Source of the DNA: Gemmatimonas sp.
GTDB taxonomy: Bacteria; Gemmatimonadota; Gemmatimonadetes; Gemmatimonadales; Gemmatimonadaceae
Assembly (NCBI GenBank): GCA_031414535.1
Contig: JANNVQ010000040.1
Coordinates: forward strand, 69,927-133,926
Length of the DNA stretch: 64,000 nucleotides
Reading direction: 5' to 3'
Shown here in pieces: positions 10,211 through 19,308 of the stretch. The notes under the pieces are model-generated. The model did no database searches. It was not told the origin of the DNA and saw only the letters and a list, made by a program, of their open reading frames with translations. The first letter of the stretch is position 1; each line of letters opens with the position of its first letter. The translations under genes were made by a program, and so were the position numbers.

Positions 10211-11100
10211 CTGCCGTCATCTCCGTCCCCGCGTTCCTCGATGAGCAATCGTTCGAGCAAGTGCTCGAGCAGGTGGCGCCGCTCGCCCCCGACGCGAAGA
10301 TGCTTGTGGACGCACGGCACACGCGCTTCGCCACGCCCTTTGGGCTAACCGCCCTCCTCTGCTTGGCACAGTCTCGAGCGGAGAAGCCCGACTTTACGCC
10401 GCCCTCTGACGATGATGTGAAGTCCTATTGGGCGCGTTCGGCGTTCTTCCGCTACGCCGAGGAGCTGTTCACGCTGCGTGGCCCCGTGCCTCGCGCCCGC
10501 GCCTCGCAGGATTCGGACGTGTTGCTCGAAGTCACGCCGATCGCCAAGAGCGAAGATGTGCACGAGGTCGTGGAACGGGTGCGCGAGCGCGCCACGCACA
10601 TCCTCACGCACAAGCTGCGCTTGGAGACCCGCGCCACGATGGGCTTCGCGATGTCGCTCTCGGAAGCCTGCCAGAACATCGTGGAGCACGCAGGCCGCGG
10701 TGGCTGGGTGGGCGTGCAGGTCTACAATTGGGCCAAGCGCCGAGTCGGGCGTCAGGTGGTGGTCATCTCAGTCGCCGATGCGGGCCAAGGCTTCCGCCGC
10801 TCGCTGGACACCGCCCGAGTGCGCGCCATCGCGGGTGACCGCTGGAGCGACGGCGAGGCGCTCGAGGCCGCCGTGACGCAGGGCTACAGTCGTCACACCG
10901 AGCCAGGCCGCGGACAAGGCCTCAAGGGTATCAAGGGCTACGTGCATCGCCACGATGGTCGCCTAAGCATCCGCTCGGGCTCGGCGCGCATGACCATTGT
11001 GCCACCCTGGGATGACTCGCCCGCCCGCGAGGACGGACTCCCGATGTTCATCGGGTCTCAGTTGCAGATCATCATCCCCGAACGAGCGGAGGGCGCGTGA
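10207..11100 (+). CDS. STAS-like N-terminal domain + HATPase (RsbW-like ATP-binding protein)
   Basis: N-box SEACQNIVEHA, G1 VADAGQG, G2 GRGQGL; N-terminal RFATPFGLTAL resembles STAS. Confidence 0.75.
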   Translation: MTAVISVPAFLDEQSFEQVLEQVAPLAPDAKMLVDARHTRFATPFGLTALLCLAQSRAEKPDFTPPSDDDVKSYWARSAFFRYAEELFTLRGPVPRARASQDSDVLLEVTPIAKSEDVHEVVERVRERATHILTHKLRLETRATMGFAMSLSEACQNIVEHAGRGGWVGVQVYNWAKRRVGRQVVVISVADAGQGFRRSLDTARVRAIAGDRWSDGEALEAAVTQGYSRHTEPGRGQGLKGIKGYVHRHDGRLSIRSGSARMTIVPPWDDSPAREDGLPMFIGSQLQIIIPERAEGA

Positions 11101-11648
11101 CACACATTGACGTCCGCTCCGCCCTGAACCAGTCGCTGCCGGGCAACTATTCCGACCTCATCACCCGAAACACGGGCGTGCTCGTGCGCTCGGTGATTGA
11201 GGAGCGGCTTGCCGGGCTCGCCGACGGCACGGTGGCCTTTCTCGACTTCTCGCACATTCGGCTGCTCGACCGCTCCTGCGCGGATGAGATTCTCTCCAAG
11301 CTCATGCTGCCCATGACGACGGACCACCCGCCACGCGATGGATACGTTGTGCTGCACGGTCTCGATGAATTCCACCTTGAGATTATCGAGGCGGTGCTGG
11401 AGACCCATCAGTTGGCCCTCGTGGTGCAGCTGCCGAGTCTCGAAGCCCGGCTTGTGGGTTCCGTCACCGAGCAGGAGCGTCGCTGTTGGGAGCAGGTGAT
11501 GCGTCAGGGTGGAGCGATTGCCGACACATTGGCCATCGAGATTGGGATGCCCTGCGAGTCCTGCCAAGAGATGCTCGAAGGCCTCGCCAAGCGACGTTTG
11601 CTGCGCTGCGTGGCCAATCGGTTTCTGCCGCTTGGGCAAGCCGCCTGA
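11097..11648 (+). CDS. STAS-like (DUF4325-type) domain + C-terminal winged helix
   Basis: LDFSHIRLLDRSCADEI; C-terminal LAIEIGM..ESCQEMLEGLAKRRLL. Confidence 0.6.
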   Translation: MTHIDVRSALNQSLPGNYSDLITRNTGVLVRSVIEERLAGLADGTVAFLDFSHIRLLDRSCADEILSKLMLPMTTDHPPRDGYVVLHGLDEFHLEIIEAVLETHQLALVVQLPSLEARLVGSVTEQERRCWEQVMRQGGAIADTLAIEIGMPCESCQEMLEGLAKRRLLRCVANRFLPLGQAA

Positions 11649-11950
11649 TGCGTGGGTTTCAGCCTTTACAGGTTGTCGGCTTCATCGCCACGAAAAAGAG
11701 CGATGAAGAGCGTGGTCCCTTGGTGCGGATTAAGCCCGAGGACGCGCGGAAGCGTCTGATTGCGGATGGCGAACTCGTGTGGGTGTACGGGCCGCGACGC
11801 CACGAACTCGCACCCGTGGTGTACGATGACACGCTGCCGCGCGGCGGCGTTGTGGTACGGGATCTCGGCGGCCTCACCGTCACCGAAATCGTGAAGCTCG
11901 TGAAAATGGATGTGGACCACCGCCCCGTCCTGACCAAGTCCCTGACTTAA
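11648..11950 (+). CDS. Stand-alone molybdopterin-dinucleotide-binding-like (double-psi barrel) protein
   Basis: VRIKPEDARKRLIADGELVWV..LPRGGVVV; TGATG coupling to previous gene. Confidence 0.7.
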   Translation: MRGFQPLQVVGFIATKKSDEERGPLVRIKPEDARKRLIADGELVWVYGPRRHELAPVVYDDTLPRGGVVVRDLGGLTVTEIVKLVKMDVDHRPVLTKSLT

Positions 11951-11955
11951 GCGCG

Positions 11956-13116
11956 ATGCCAAAGCCGAAGAAGCCAAGTCTCGCCACGCTCGCCATTCAC
12001 GGCGCCCGTGACGCCCACGCCCACGCCCACGGCGACGCCGTCGTCGAGCCACTCGTCCAGAGCGTGAACCATCGGCAGCAGCCGGGCACGGCCGATGGCC
12101 TGCTCTACACGCGCTACGGCAACACCCCGAACGCGGCGCGCGTGCAAAAGCGCATCGCGCTGCTCGAAGGTGCCGAGTCGGCGCTGCTGCTCTCGAGCGG
12201 CATGGGGGCCACCGCCTGCGCGATGCTCGCCCTGCTCCGCCCCGGCGACCACCTGCTGTCCTCGCAGTACATCTACGGTGGCACCTACCGCCTCTTCATG
12301 GAAGAGTTCGTGCGGATGGGGATTGACGTGCAACTCGTCGATCCTTGGGAGCCGCGCGTCTGGCGCAAGAACATCAGGAAAGAGACTCGCGCCATCTTCC
12401 TCGAGACGCCGGTGAATCCGACATGCCGCGTGCTCGATTTGCGCCCCATCTCTTTCCTCACGCGCAACTCCGGCATCGCGCTCGTGGTCGATTCGACCTT
12501 CGCGAGTCCCATCAACTTCCGACCGCTGGAGCACGGCGCCGACGTCGTCATTCACTCGGCCACCAAGTACCTAAACGGCCATCACGACGTCCTCATGGGC
12601 GTGGTCTGCGGCAGCGAACCGTACATTGAAGAAGTGCTGCAGAAGGAAATGCTCTGGGGTCAGACACCGGACCCCTTTGCGTGCTGGTTGCTGGAGCGCG
12701 GCCTGAAGACACTCGACGTGCGCGTGAAGCGCGCCAACGAGACGGCGCAGAAAATCGCGCAGTGGGCCGAGAAGCGGAAGGAAGTGGTGCAGGTGCACTA
12801 CCCTGGCCTCAAGTCGCATCCCGATCACGACGTCGCCAAGGACATGCTCGATGGCTACGGCGGTATGCTCGCGCTGGAACTGAAAGGCGGCGGCAAGGCC
12901 GCGGACCGCTTCCTCAAAAAGCTCGAGGTCATCACGCACGCGCCCTCGCTGGGCGGCGTGGATTCCCTCGTCTGCGAGCCTCGCTACACCTCACACGCCA
13001 AGATGACGTCGGCGCAGCGGGCTGCCATCGGCATCCCTGATGGCTTCCTGCGCTTCAGCATCGGGCTCGAGTCTGCCGATGATCTCATCGCGGATCTCGA
13101 GCAGGCGCTCAAATAA
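11956..13116 (+). CDS. PLP-dependent Cys/Met metabolism enzyme (cystathionine gamma-synthase/lyase family)
   Basis: YTRYGN, SSGMGA, ETPVNP, HSATKYLNGH, SLGGVDSL. Confidence 0.95.
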   Translation: MPKPKKPSLATLAIHGARDAHAHAHGDAVVEPLVQSVNHRQQPGTADGLLYTRYGNTPNAARVQKRIALLEGAESALLLSSGMGATACAMLALLRPGDHLLSSQYIYGGTYRLFMEEFVRMGIDVQLVDPWEPRVWRKNIRKETRAIFLETPVNPTCRVLDLRPISFLTRNSGIALVVDSTFASPINFRPLEHGADVVIHSATKYLNGHHDVLMGVVCGSEPYIEEVLQKEMLWGQTPDPFACWLLERGLKTLDVRVKRANETAQKIAQWAEKRKEVVQVHYPGLKSHPDHDVAKDMLDGYGGMLALELKGGGKAADRFLKKLEVITHAPSLGGVDSLVCEPRYTSHAKMTSAQRAAIGIPDGFLRFSIGLESADDLIADLEQALK

Positions 13117-13119
13117 GAG

Positions 13120-13802
<683 letters not shown>

Positions 13803-13806
<4 letters not shown>

Positions 13807-14651
13807 AGCTTGCCTTCCGTGAAGCCATTCGTGCATTCAATCGCGCGCCGATGCTGAGCATGCTCTCGGTGACGACCATCGCGTTCTCGCTGTTCGCCTT
13901 CGGATTGTTTGGGCTCGTGGCGCTCAACCTGCGCAACGCCCTCCAGCAGGTTGAGGACCGCGTGGAGGTCCGAGGATTCATCTCAGCCGGCACGTCCCCC
14001 GAAGCCGTGAGCGCGGCCGTGGACGATGTGGCCCTGTTCCCGGAAGTAGGCAGCGTGAAGCTGGTCACAGAGGCGCAAGCGCTCGAGCGTGCGCGGCGTG
14101 AGCTCCGCGAGTTCACCGATGTGTTTGAAGAGGGCTTGTTGCCAGCGAGCATCGAAGTCCGCATGAAGCCGGGCCTCCGCGACCCGGAGACGGTGCGCAC
14201 CGTGGCCAAACGTTTGGAGAACTACGACTTCATTGATGACGTGCGCTTTGGCGAGGAGTGGGTGGAGAATCTCCACCGTCTCCGCAACATCGCCACCGGC
14301 GCGGGTTTGGCACTGGGCGTCACGTTCGCGCTCGTGGCCATCATCATCATTGGCTCCACCATCCGCATGGCCGTGCTCGCGCGCAGCCGCGAGATTGCCA
14401 TTATGCGGCTCGTTGGCGCGACGGACGGCTTCATTCGACTTCCCTTCCTTATTGAAGGGGCCATCAAGGGCACGCTGGGCGGTCTGCTGGCGCTCGTGCT
14501 CACCTGGATCGCCGTCGTCGTATCAGGACGATGGGTATTGCAGGTGCAGTTCTTCGAGACCTCGCTCATGTTCGCGGGGATTCTTGCGGGCGCAGGCATC
14601 GGCCTGCTCGGCAGCGCGCTCTCCGTCGGGCGCCACTTGAAGAAGGTTTGA
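13803..14651 (+). CDS. ftsX: Cell division permease FtsX
   Basis: 4 TM; LPASIEV, REIAIMRLVGAT..FIRLPFLIEG. Confidence 0.93.
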
Positions 14652-14676
14652 CGGATGACGGATGACGGACGATGGA
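14650..14676 (+). repeat. Heptamer tandem repeat (GACGGAT)n at ftsX/envC junction
   Basis: gacggat gacggat gacggac gatggaa; degenerate inverse copy at about 14733-14750. Confidence 0.7.
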
Positions 14677-15923
14677 AGTCGAGCATTTGGAATATCCGGC
14701 GTGCGGCCGCGCTCGTGGTCGTGTCCTTGTGGCTTCCGTCCTCCGTCCCGCAGTCGGTGAGCGCGCAACAGCGCCCCGCCCTACCGCCCTCCGCCGCGCA
14801 GTCCGCCGAGAACATTCGGCGCGAGCAACTGGAACTTGAGCGCTTGCGGCAGGAGCGCCGCCAGCTTGAAGCGCGGATGCGGGACTATCAGCGCAGCGCG
14901 CAAAACGTCTCGCAGGAGCGCCAGAACCTTGAACGTCAGGCGCAGGCCACCGCGCGCGTGGTCCGGTCGCTCGACAACCAACTGGGCACGCTCTACCTGG
15001 AAGTGGACAACGTGAACGGCTCGCTTGTCCGCACCCAAGACGAGTTGATGATCAAGCGCGCCATCCTCACGCATCGCGTGCAGGAGATTTACAAGCGTGG
15101 TCCCTTGTACTCGCTGGAGGCCTTGCTCTCGGCTGAGAGCTTCGGCTCGCTGGTGGCGCGCTATAAGTATCTCCATCTCGTCGCCCAGCGCGACCGCACG
15201 CTGCTGGCGCGAGTGGAGCAACTCAACGCACAGATCAACTCGCAGCGCTCACTCCTCGTGCGCCTGCAGAGTGATGTGGAGAGCAACCGCCGTGAGAAGG
15301 CGGAAGAAGAGGCGCGTCTGCGCCGTCTTGAATTACAGCGCGGTCGGACGCTCGCGCAGATCGAAGCTCAGCAACGCACGGCCCAAGCGCGCCTCCAACA
15401 AATTGCGCGCGACGAACAGCGCCTGACCAACGTGATCACGGCACTCGAGGAATCGCGCCGCCGTGCCGACGCCGCCGCTGCGCGCACGGGTGCCGCCCCA
15501 CGGGCCAGCAGCATCACCACCGCCGACCTCGGCCGCCTTGACTGGCCCGTGGAGGGCAATGTGGTGTACCGCTACGGTCGCGTGGTGAACCCCAACAACA
15601 CGTCCATTACGTGGAACGGAATGGGCATCGGTGCGGCAGCCGGAACGCCGGTTAAGGTCATTGCGGATGGTGAAGTCGTGTTCGCCGAGCAGGCGGGCAC
15701 CTACGGCCTGACGATGATTGTGCAACATGGCGGTGGCGCGTACACGATGTACGCCTCACTGCAAGAGATTCACGCGCGCCGCGGTTCTCGCGTGACCAAG
15801 GGGCAGACGATCGGGACCGTAGGACAAGCCGATCCCGATCTTTCGCCGAGACTGCACTTTGAGATTCGCCCCAACGGCGGGCGGGCAGTGGATCCGTTAG
15901 AGTGGCTGCGCCGCCAGCGTTAG
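14655..15923 (+). CDS. envC: Murein hydrolase activator EnvC (coiled coil + degenerate M23)
   Basis: Long coiled coil, LDWPVEG, WNGMGI, LHFEIR, DPLEWL; follows ftsEX; start uncertain. Confidence 0.88.
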   Translation: MTDDGRWKSSIWNIRRAAALVVVSLWLPSSVPQSVSAQQRPALPPSAAQSAENIRREQLELERLRQERRQLEARMRDYQRSAQNVSQERQNLERQAQATARVVRSLDNQLGTLYLEVDNVNGSLVRTQDELMIKRAILTHRVQEIYKRGPLYSLEALLSAESFGSLVARYKYLHLVAQRDRTLLARVEQLNAQINSQRSLLVRLQSDVESNRREKAEEEARLRRLELQRGRTLAQIEAQQRTAQARLQQIARDEQRLTNVITALEESRRRADAAAARTGAAPRASSITTADLGRLDWPVEGNVVYRYGRVVNPNNTSITWNGMGIGAAAGTPVKVIADGEVVFAEQAGTYGLTMIVQHGGGAYTMYASLQEIHARRGSRVTKGQTIGTVGQADPDLSPRLHFEIRPNGGRAVDPLEWLRRQR

Positions 15924-16378
15924 CGCAGGGCGCTTCCAGCCGCGACCGTAATGTTGACCGGGAAGGGACCGAAGTCCTCGTGGTTCTCCTCGATGTGCAA
16001 AAGCGAGAATGACACTGAGCGCACGCCCGCCGTGGTGCCGGTCAGGGTGCCGGCAAACGGGCCGGTGCGCGCGAAGGTGATGCCAGAACCCGGTGTGACG
16101 TTCACCTGAAAGTCAGCCTCGCGCTCCACGAGCGCGTTGGCCATCGCGGCGTCGAGGAACTGCACGCTCACAGCCGTCGCCACGCCGGAGTTAATGGTAA
16201 TGCTACCCGTCACCGCTCCGGTTGAGTTCACGGTGATCTGCTGGGCTCCAGCCGTGATTCGCATGAAGTCCACTTCCACCTCTTGCACGCCGTCGTCCTT
16301 ACAACCGGCCACACCGAGGGACAGTGCGACAAGCGCGAGTGCGGCAAAGCGGCGGGTAGAGCTGACAGTCTTCAACAT
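15920..16378 (-). CDS. Lipoprotein downstream of TonB-dependent receptor
   Basis: Lipobox VAGC; His-containing C-terminus LLHIEENHEDF; GAGGAG RBS. Confidence 0.8.
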   Translation of the reverse strand: MLKTVSSTRRFAALALVALSLGVAGCKDDGVQEVEVDFMRITAGAQQITVNSTGAVTGSITINSGVATAVSVQFLDAAMANALVEREADFQVNVTPGSGITFARTGPFAGTLTGTTAGVRSVSFSLLHIEENHEDFGPFPVNITVAAGSALR

Positions 16379-16441
16379 CGTACAGGATTCTCCTCGTGGA
16401 AGTAGTGTGTGCGCGGCCTCTGCCGCGCGGGTGGTGAACAG

Positions 16442-18712
16442 CTAGAATTGCACCCGGTAGAGCAGGACGACGTTGCGCCCTGCCTCGGGGATGATCTCCT
16501 TGGTCCGTGAGAGGTGCTCACGGATCTCGGAGTTGAGTAGGTTGTCCACGCGTAGCGTGAAGCTGTGCAGTCGCTGGCCAAGCACGAGGCGCCAGCCGAG
16601 GTGTGCATCGAGTGTGGCGTACCCCGCTGTCTCCGTCTCGAAATCCCCAATCAGACGTTGCGCCGCCGACATGCGAATCCCGCCGCCGTAGGACCACACA
16701 GGCGTCTCATGGCGGAGACCCACGCGCCCGTTGAGCGGTGGCATAAGGGGCAAGAAGCGCGACTCAATGCGGTTCGGCTCGCCATTCAAGCCAGGAATGG
16801 TGTCGCGATTCCCGCTGATGCTGCCACGCACGTAGCTTACCGTGCTCTCGAGGACGAGATGGTCGACGAGCGTCACCTCCATCTCGCCCTCTGCACCAAT
16901 GAGGACCGCGTCCTCATTGGTGAACTGAAACTTCCAGCGCTCGCCAACGCGTCCAAGCTCGCCAGTGTTGCGTGGGAACAGATAACCGTTCATTTGATTC
17001 GCAAAGGCGGCAACTTCAGCCCGCACACGGCTCCGCTGCACTCGCACGAAGACATCCGCACCCAATCCAGTCTCCTGCGAGTTGCGTGGATTGCCAACGT
17101 CGTACGAGTAGGCCGCGAGGTGCGGGCCATCGGAGTACAGCTCGTTGAAGTCCGGCGTACGGAAGGAGCGGCTGACGCTCGCGCCCAGCCGCAGGCCATT
17201 TCGCGCCGTGTAGATGGTACCCAGCGATGCGCTCAGTGAACCGAAAGTTCGCGCCACGGTCGGCAAGGTGTCATTGCCCACCACGATGTTGCGCGGATCA
17301 AGTGGGATAAATCGCGCGAAGTCGTAGCGAAGCCCCGCCTGCGCACGCCAAGGTCCCGCCCCAAACTCCTCCACCATGAATGCGGCCGCCGACCAATCCG
17401 CCGTCGGCGTGGCGCGGATGGCGCCCGAAGGATTGATGTCGCGGTACTGCGCCCGAAAGCCAAGCACCCCTCCTTCGGCGGGCCCCGCGTGCGCGTGCCG
17501 CGCCACAACCTCGAGCACGGACATCAACTGGTCGAAGCTCGTCGCCACGTTTCCGCTGGCCGTCACCTCGTCGTGGTTGTAGGCCGTAAACGTCGCCGTG
17601 GCCTTCACGCTTTCAAATCGCCCACTCGCCGGATGCCAGTCGGTCTCGCTACGAACCGTGTGTCGTTGCATGCGGATATTCACGCCGCCGGGATGCGCAC
17701 CCACGAAGCCGCCAGGAATCCCATACTCGTTGCCGTAATAACGATACGAGAGTCCGCTGTATCCCCAATCGCCAACCTTGGAGACGCCGAGCGCCGCGCC
17801 GGCGGATGTAACTCCGGTGTTGCCGAGACGCCCCGCGGGCGTGCGGAGGTCTCCGGCCAAGCGCCCGCTTCCTTCAGCGCGCACGGAGAAACCCAGTACC
17901 GGCAGCTCCACGTATCCACCAAGCGTGCCACCATCATTCACTGAGCTCGCCTGCGCACTCATCTCTCCGTGAACATGTTGCGTGGCCACGGCCGGCACTT
18001 CTTGACGAATGACATTGACCACGCCGCCAAGCGCACTGGATCCGTAGAGCAATGACATCGGCCCACGAACGACTTCTACCTTCTGTGCCGTGAGCGCATC
18101 CACCGCCACCGCGTGGTCCATGGACGTACTGGAGAGATCTCCCGGCCGTTGGCCATCTTCGAGCACGATGACGCGGTCGCCACTTAAGCCTCGAATGACG
18201 GGACGCGCCGTGGCCGGACCCATCGACGCCATCGAGACGCCAGGCGTTCCGCGGATGGTGGAGCCTAAGGTGCCATCCAGTGCACGGTCGAGCTTGGCAT
18301 CGGACAACACATTGGTCGCCGTGATGGCGTCCACTGCATTGCGCTCCGACACCTGACCCGTGACTACCGTGGCGCTCAGCTGCAGCGGCGAAGGACGCAT
18401 AGCGACCCGCAACGAATCCATCCCCACGCGCACCACCAACTGCTGGGATTGAGACTGATACCCGATGCGTTGCACGGTCAGCTGATAGGAACCCGGAAGC
18501 ACGGCGCCAAGCGAGAAGGTGCCGTCCTCGTGCGCCCTCACCTCACGATGCAATTCAACGAGGCGCACTAACGCGGCAGGCAGGGGAGCGCCGGTGGACG
18601 CGTCATTCACGCGTCCCACGACAATCGCCGCTTGGGCCCTGAGGCTTGAGCTATTCACGGCGAGCACGACGGCAACGAGCGCCGCACGCTTCGCGATGGC
18701 GGAACGAATCAT
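16442..18712 (-). CDS. TonB-dependent receptor, ZnuD-like metal uptake type
   Basis: N-terminal CarboxypepD-like domain, plug RPVIRGLSGDRV..DHAVAVD..VEVVRGPMSLLYG, C-terminal GRN..YRVQF; ATG at 18712. Confidence 0.92.
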   Translation of the reverse strand: MIRSAIAKRAALVAVVLAVNSSSLRAQAAIVVGRVNDASTGAPLPAALVRLVELHREVRAHEDGTFSLGAVLPGSYQLTVQRIGYQSQSQQLVVRVGMDSLRVAMRPSPLQLSATVVTGQVSERNAVDAITATNVLSDAKLDRALDGTLGSTIRGTPGVSMASMGPATARPVIRGLSGDRVIVLEDGQRPGDLSSTSMDHAVAVDALTAQKVEVVRGPMSLLYGSSALGGVVNVIRQEVPAVATQHVHGEMSAQASSVNDGGTLGGYVELPVLGFSVRAEGSGRLAGDLRTPAGRLGNTGVTSAGAALGVSKVGDWGYSGLSYRYYGNEYGIPGGFVGAHPGGVNIRMQRHTVRSETDWHPASGRFESVKATATFTAYNHDEVTASGNVATSFDQLMSVLEVVARHAHAGPAEGGVLGFRAQYRDINPSGAIRATPTADWSAAAFMVEEFGAGPWRAQAGLRYDFARFIPLDPRNIVVGNDTLPTVARTFGSLSASLGTIYTARNGLRLGASVSRSFRTPDFNELYSDGPHLAAYSYDVGNPRNSQETGLGADVFVRVQRSRVRAEVAAFANQMNGYLFPRNTGELGRVGERWKFQFTNEDAVLIGAEGEMEVTLVDHLVLESTVSYVRGSISGNRDTIPGLNGEPNRIESRFLPLMPPLNGRVGLRHETPVWSYGGGIRMSAAQRLIGDFETETAGYATLDAHLGWRLVLGQRLHSFTLRVDNLLNSEIREHLSRTKEIIPEAGRNVVLLYRVQF

Positions 18713-18793
18713 TGACTGACCTGAAAATGGATGGGACGCCGAGGGCATCCCGAGGACAAGAAGGCGCGGCCGATTGGCCTGCGCCGCAGTCAA
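18712..18793 (-). promoter_or_regulatory. Structured intercistronic RNA pairing over the receptor start codon
   Basis: On the - strand UUGACUG (18793-18787) pairs with CAGUCAA (18718-18712, includes the A of AUG), enclosing hairpins at 18763-18785 and 18733-18751. Confidence 0.6.
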
Positions 18794-18794
18794 C

Positions 18795-19181
18795 TCAACC
18801 GAGCGGCGGGGCTCGGGAGGACCGTCCGTCCAAGAAGTGCATCTCAAGCGGAGCCACACCGCGCACTCCGGTCGCTGGCGCGCCGGCGTCGGCGATGCGG
18901 GGAATCTCGATTGATGCCGGTGCCGCAACCGCGCGTAGCCCGTGAGCCAGCTGGCAGATGTCGCAAGCATCGCCATGGGAGTCGGGGCAATGCCCACCAT
19001 CCGCGTCCTCGATGTGCAACACCACCTGCTGCCCGTGATCCACGAAGCCGTCGGCCACTGGAGCGCCAGCCACAAGGCCCACGTAAAACAAAAACCAGAG
19101 CCCCGAAAGCACGCGCCAAACCACGCCCCGACCCTTTGGGGCCGAGCGGCGCATTGGGCTCACTGGGGACAGAAGCGACAT
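18795..19181 (-). CDS. DUF2946/CruR-like upstream ORF (TM helix, His/CxxC, terminal RAPP arrest motif)
   Basis: TM WRVLSGLWFLFYVGLVAG; HCPDSHGDACDICQ; ends SSRAPPLG; directly upstream of TBDR; alternative start 19154. Confidence 0.8.
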   Translation of the reverse strand: MSLLSPVSPMRRSAPKGRGVVWRVLSGLWFLFYVGLVAGAPVADGFVDHGQQVVLHIEDADGGHCPDSHGDACDICQLAHGLRAVAAPASIEIPRIADAGAPATGVRGVAPLEMHFLDGRSSRAPPLG

Positions 19182-19308
19182 GACAGAATCAGTAGTTGGG
19201 AAGATCCTTCTTTTCAACCCCAAGCGACGCAACGGGTTCCCCTTCAAGGGGTTAGGGGTCCTCCAAGAATCCCCCAACAGCAGACGGACCCGCTAGATTT
19301 CCTCTCCT

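Noticed and set aside
18713..19075. ORF-track N-terminal extension of the TonB receptor (877 aa)
   Set aside because: Signal peptide starts at Met 18712; the extension overlaps the RAPP uORF in another frame
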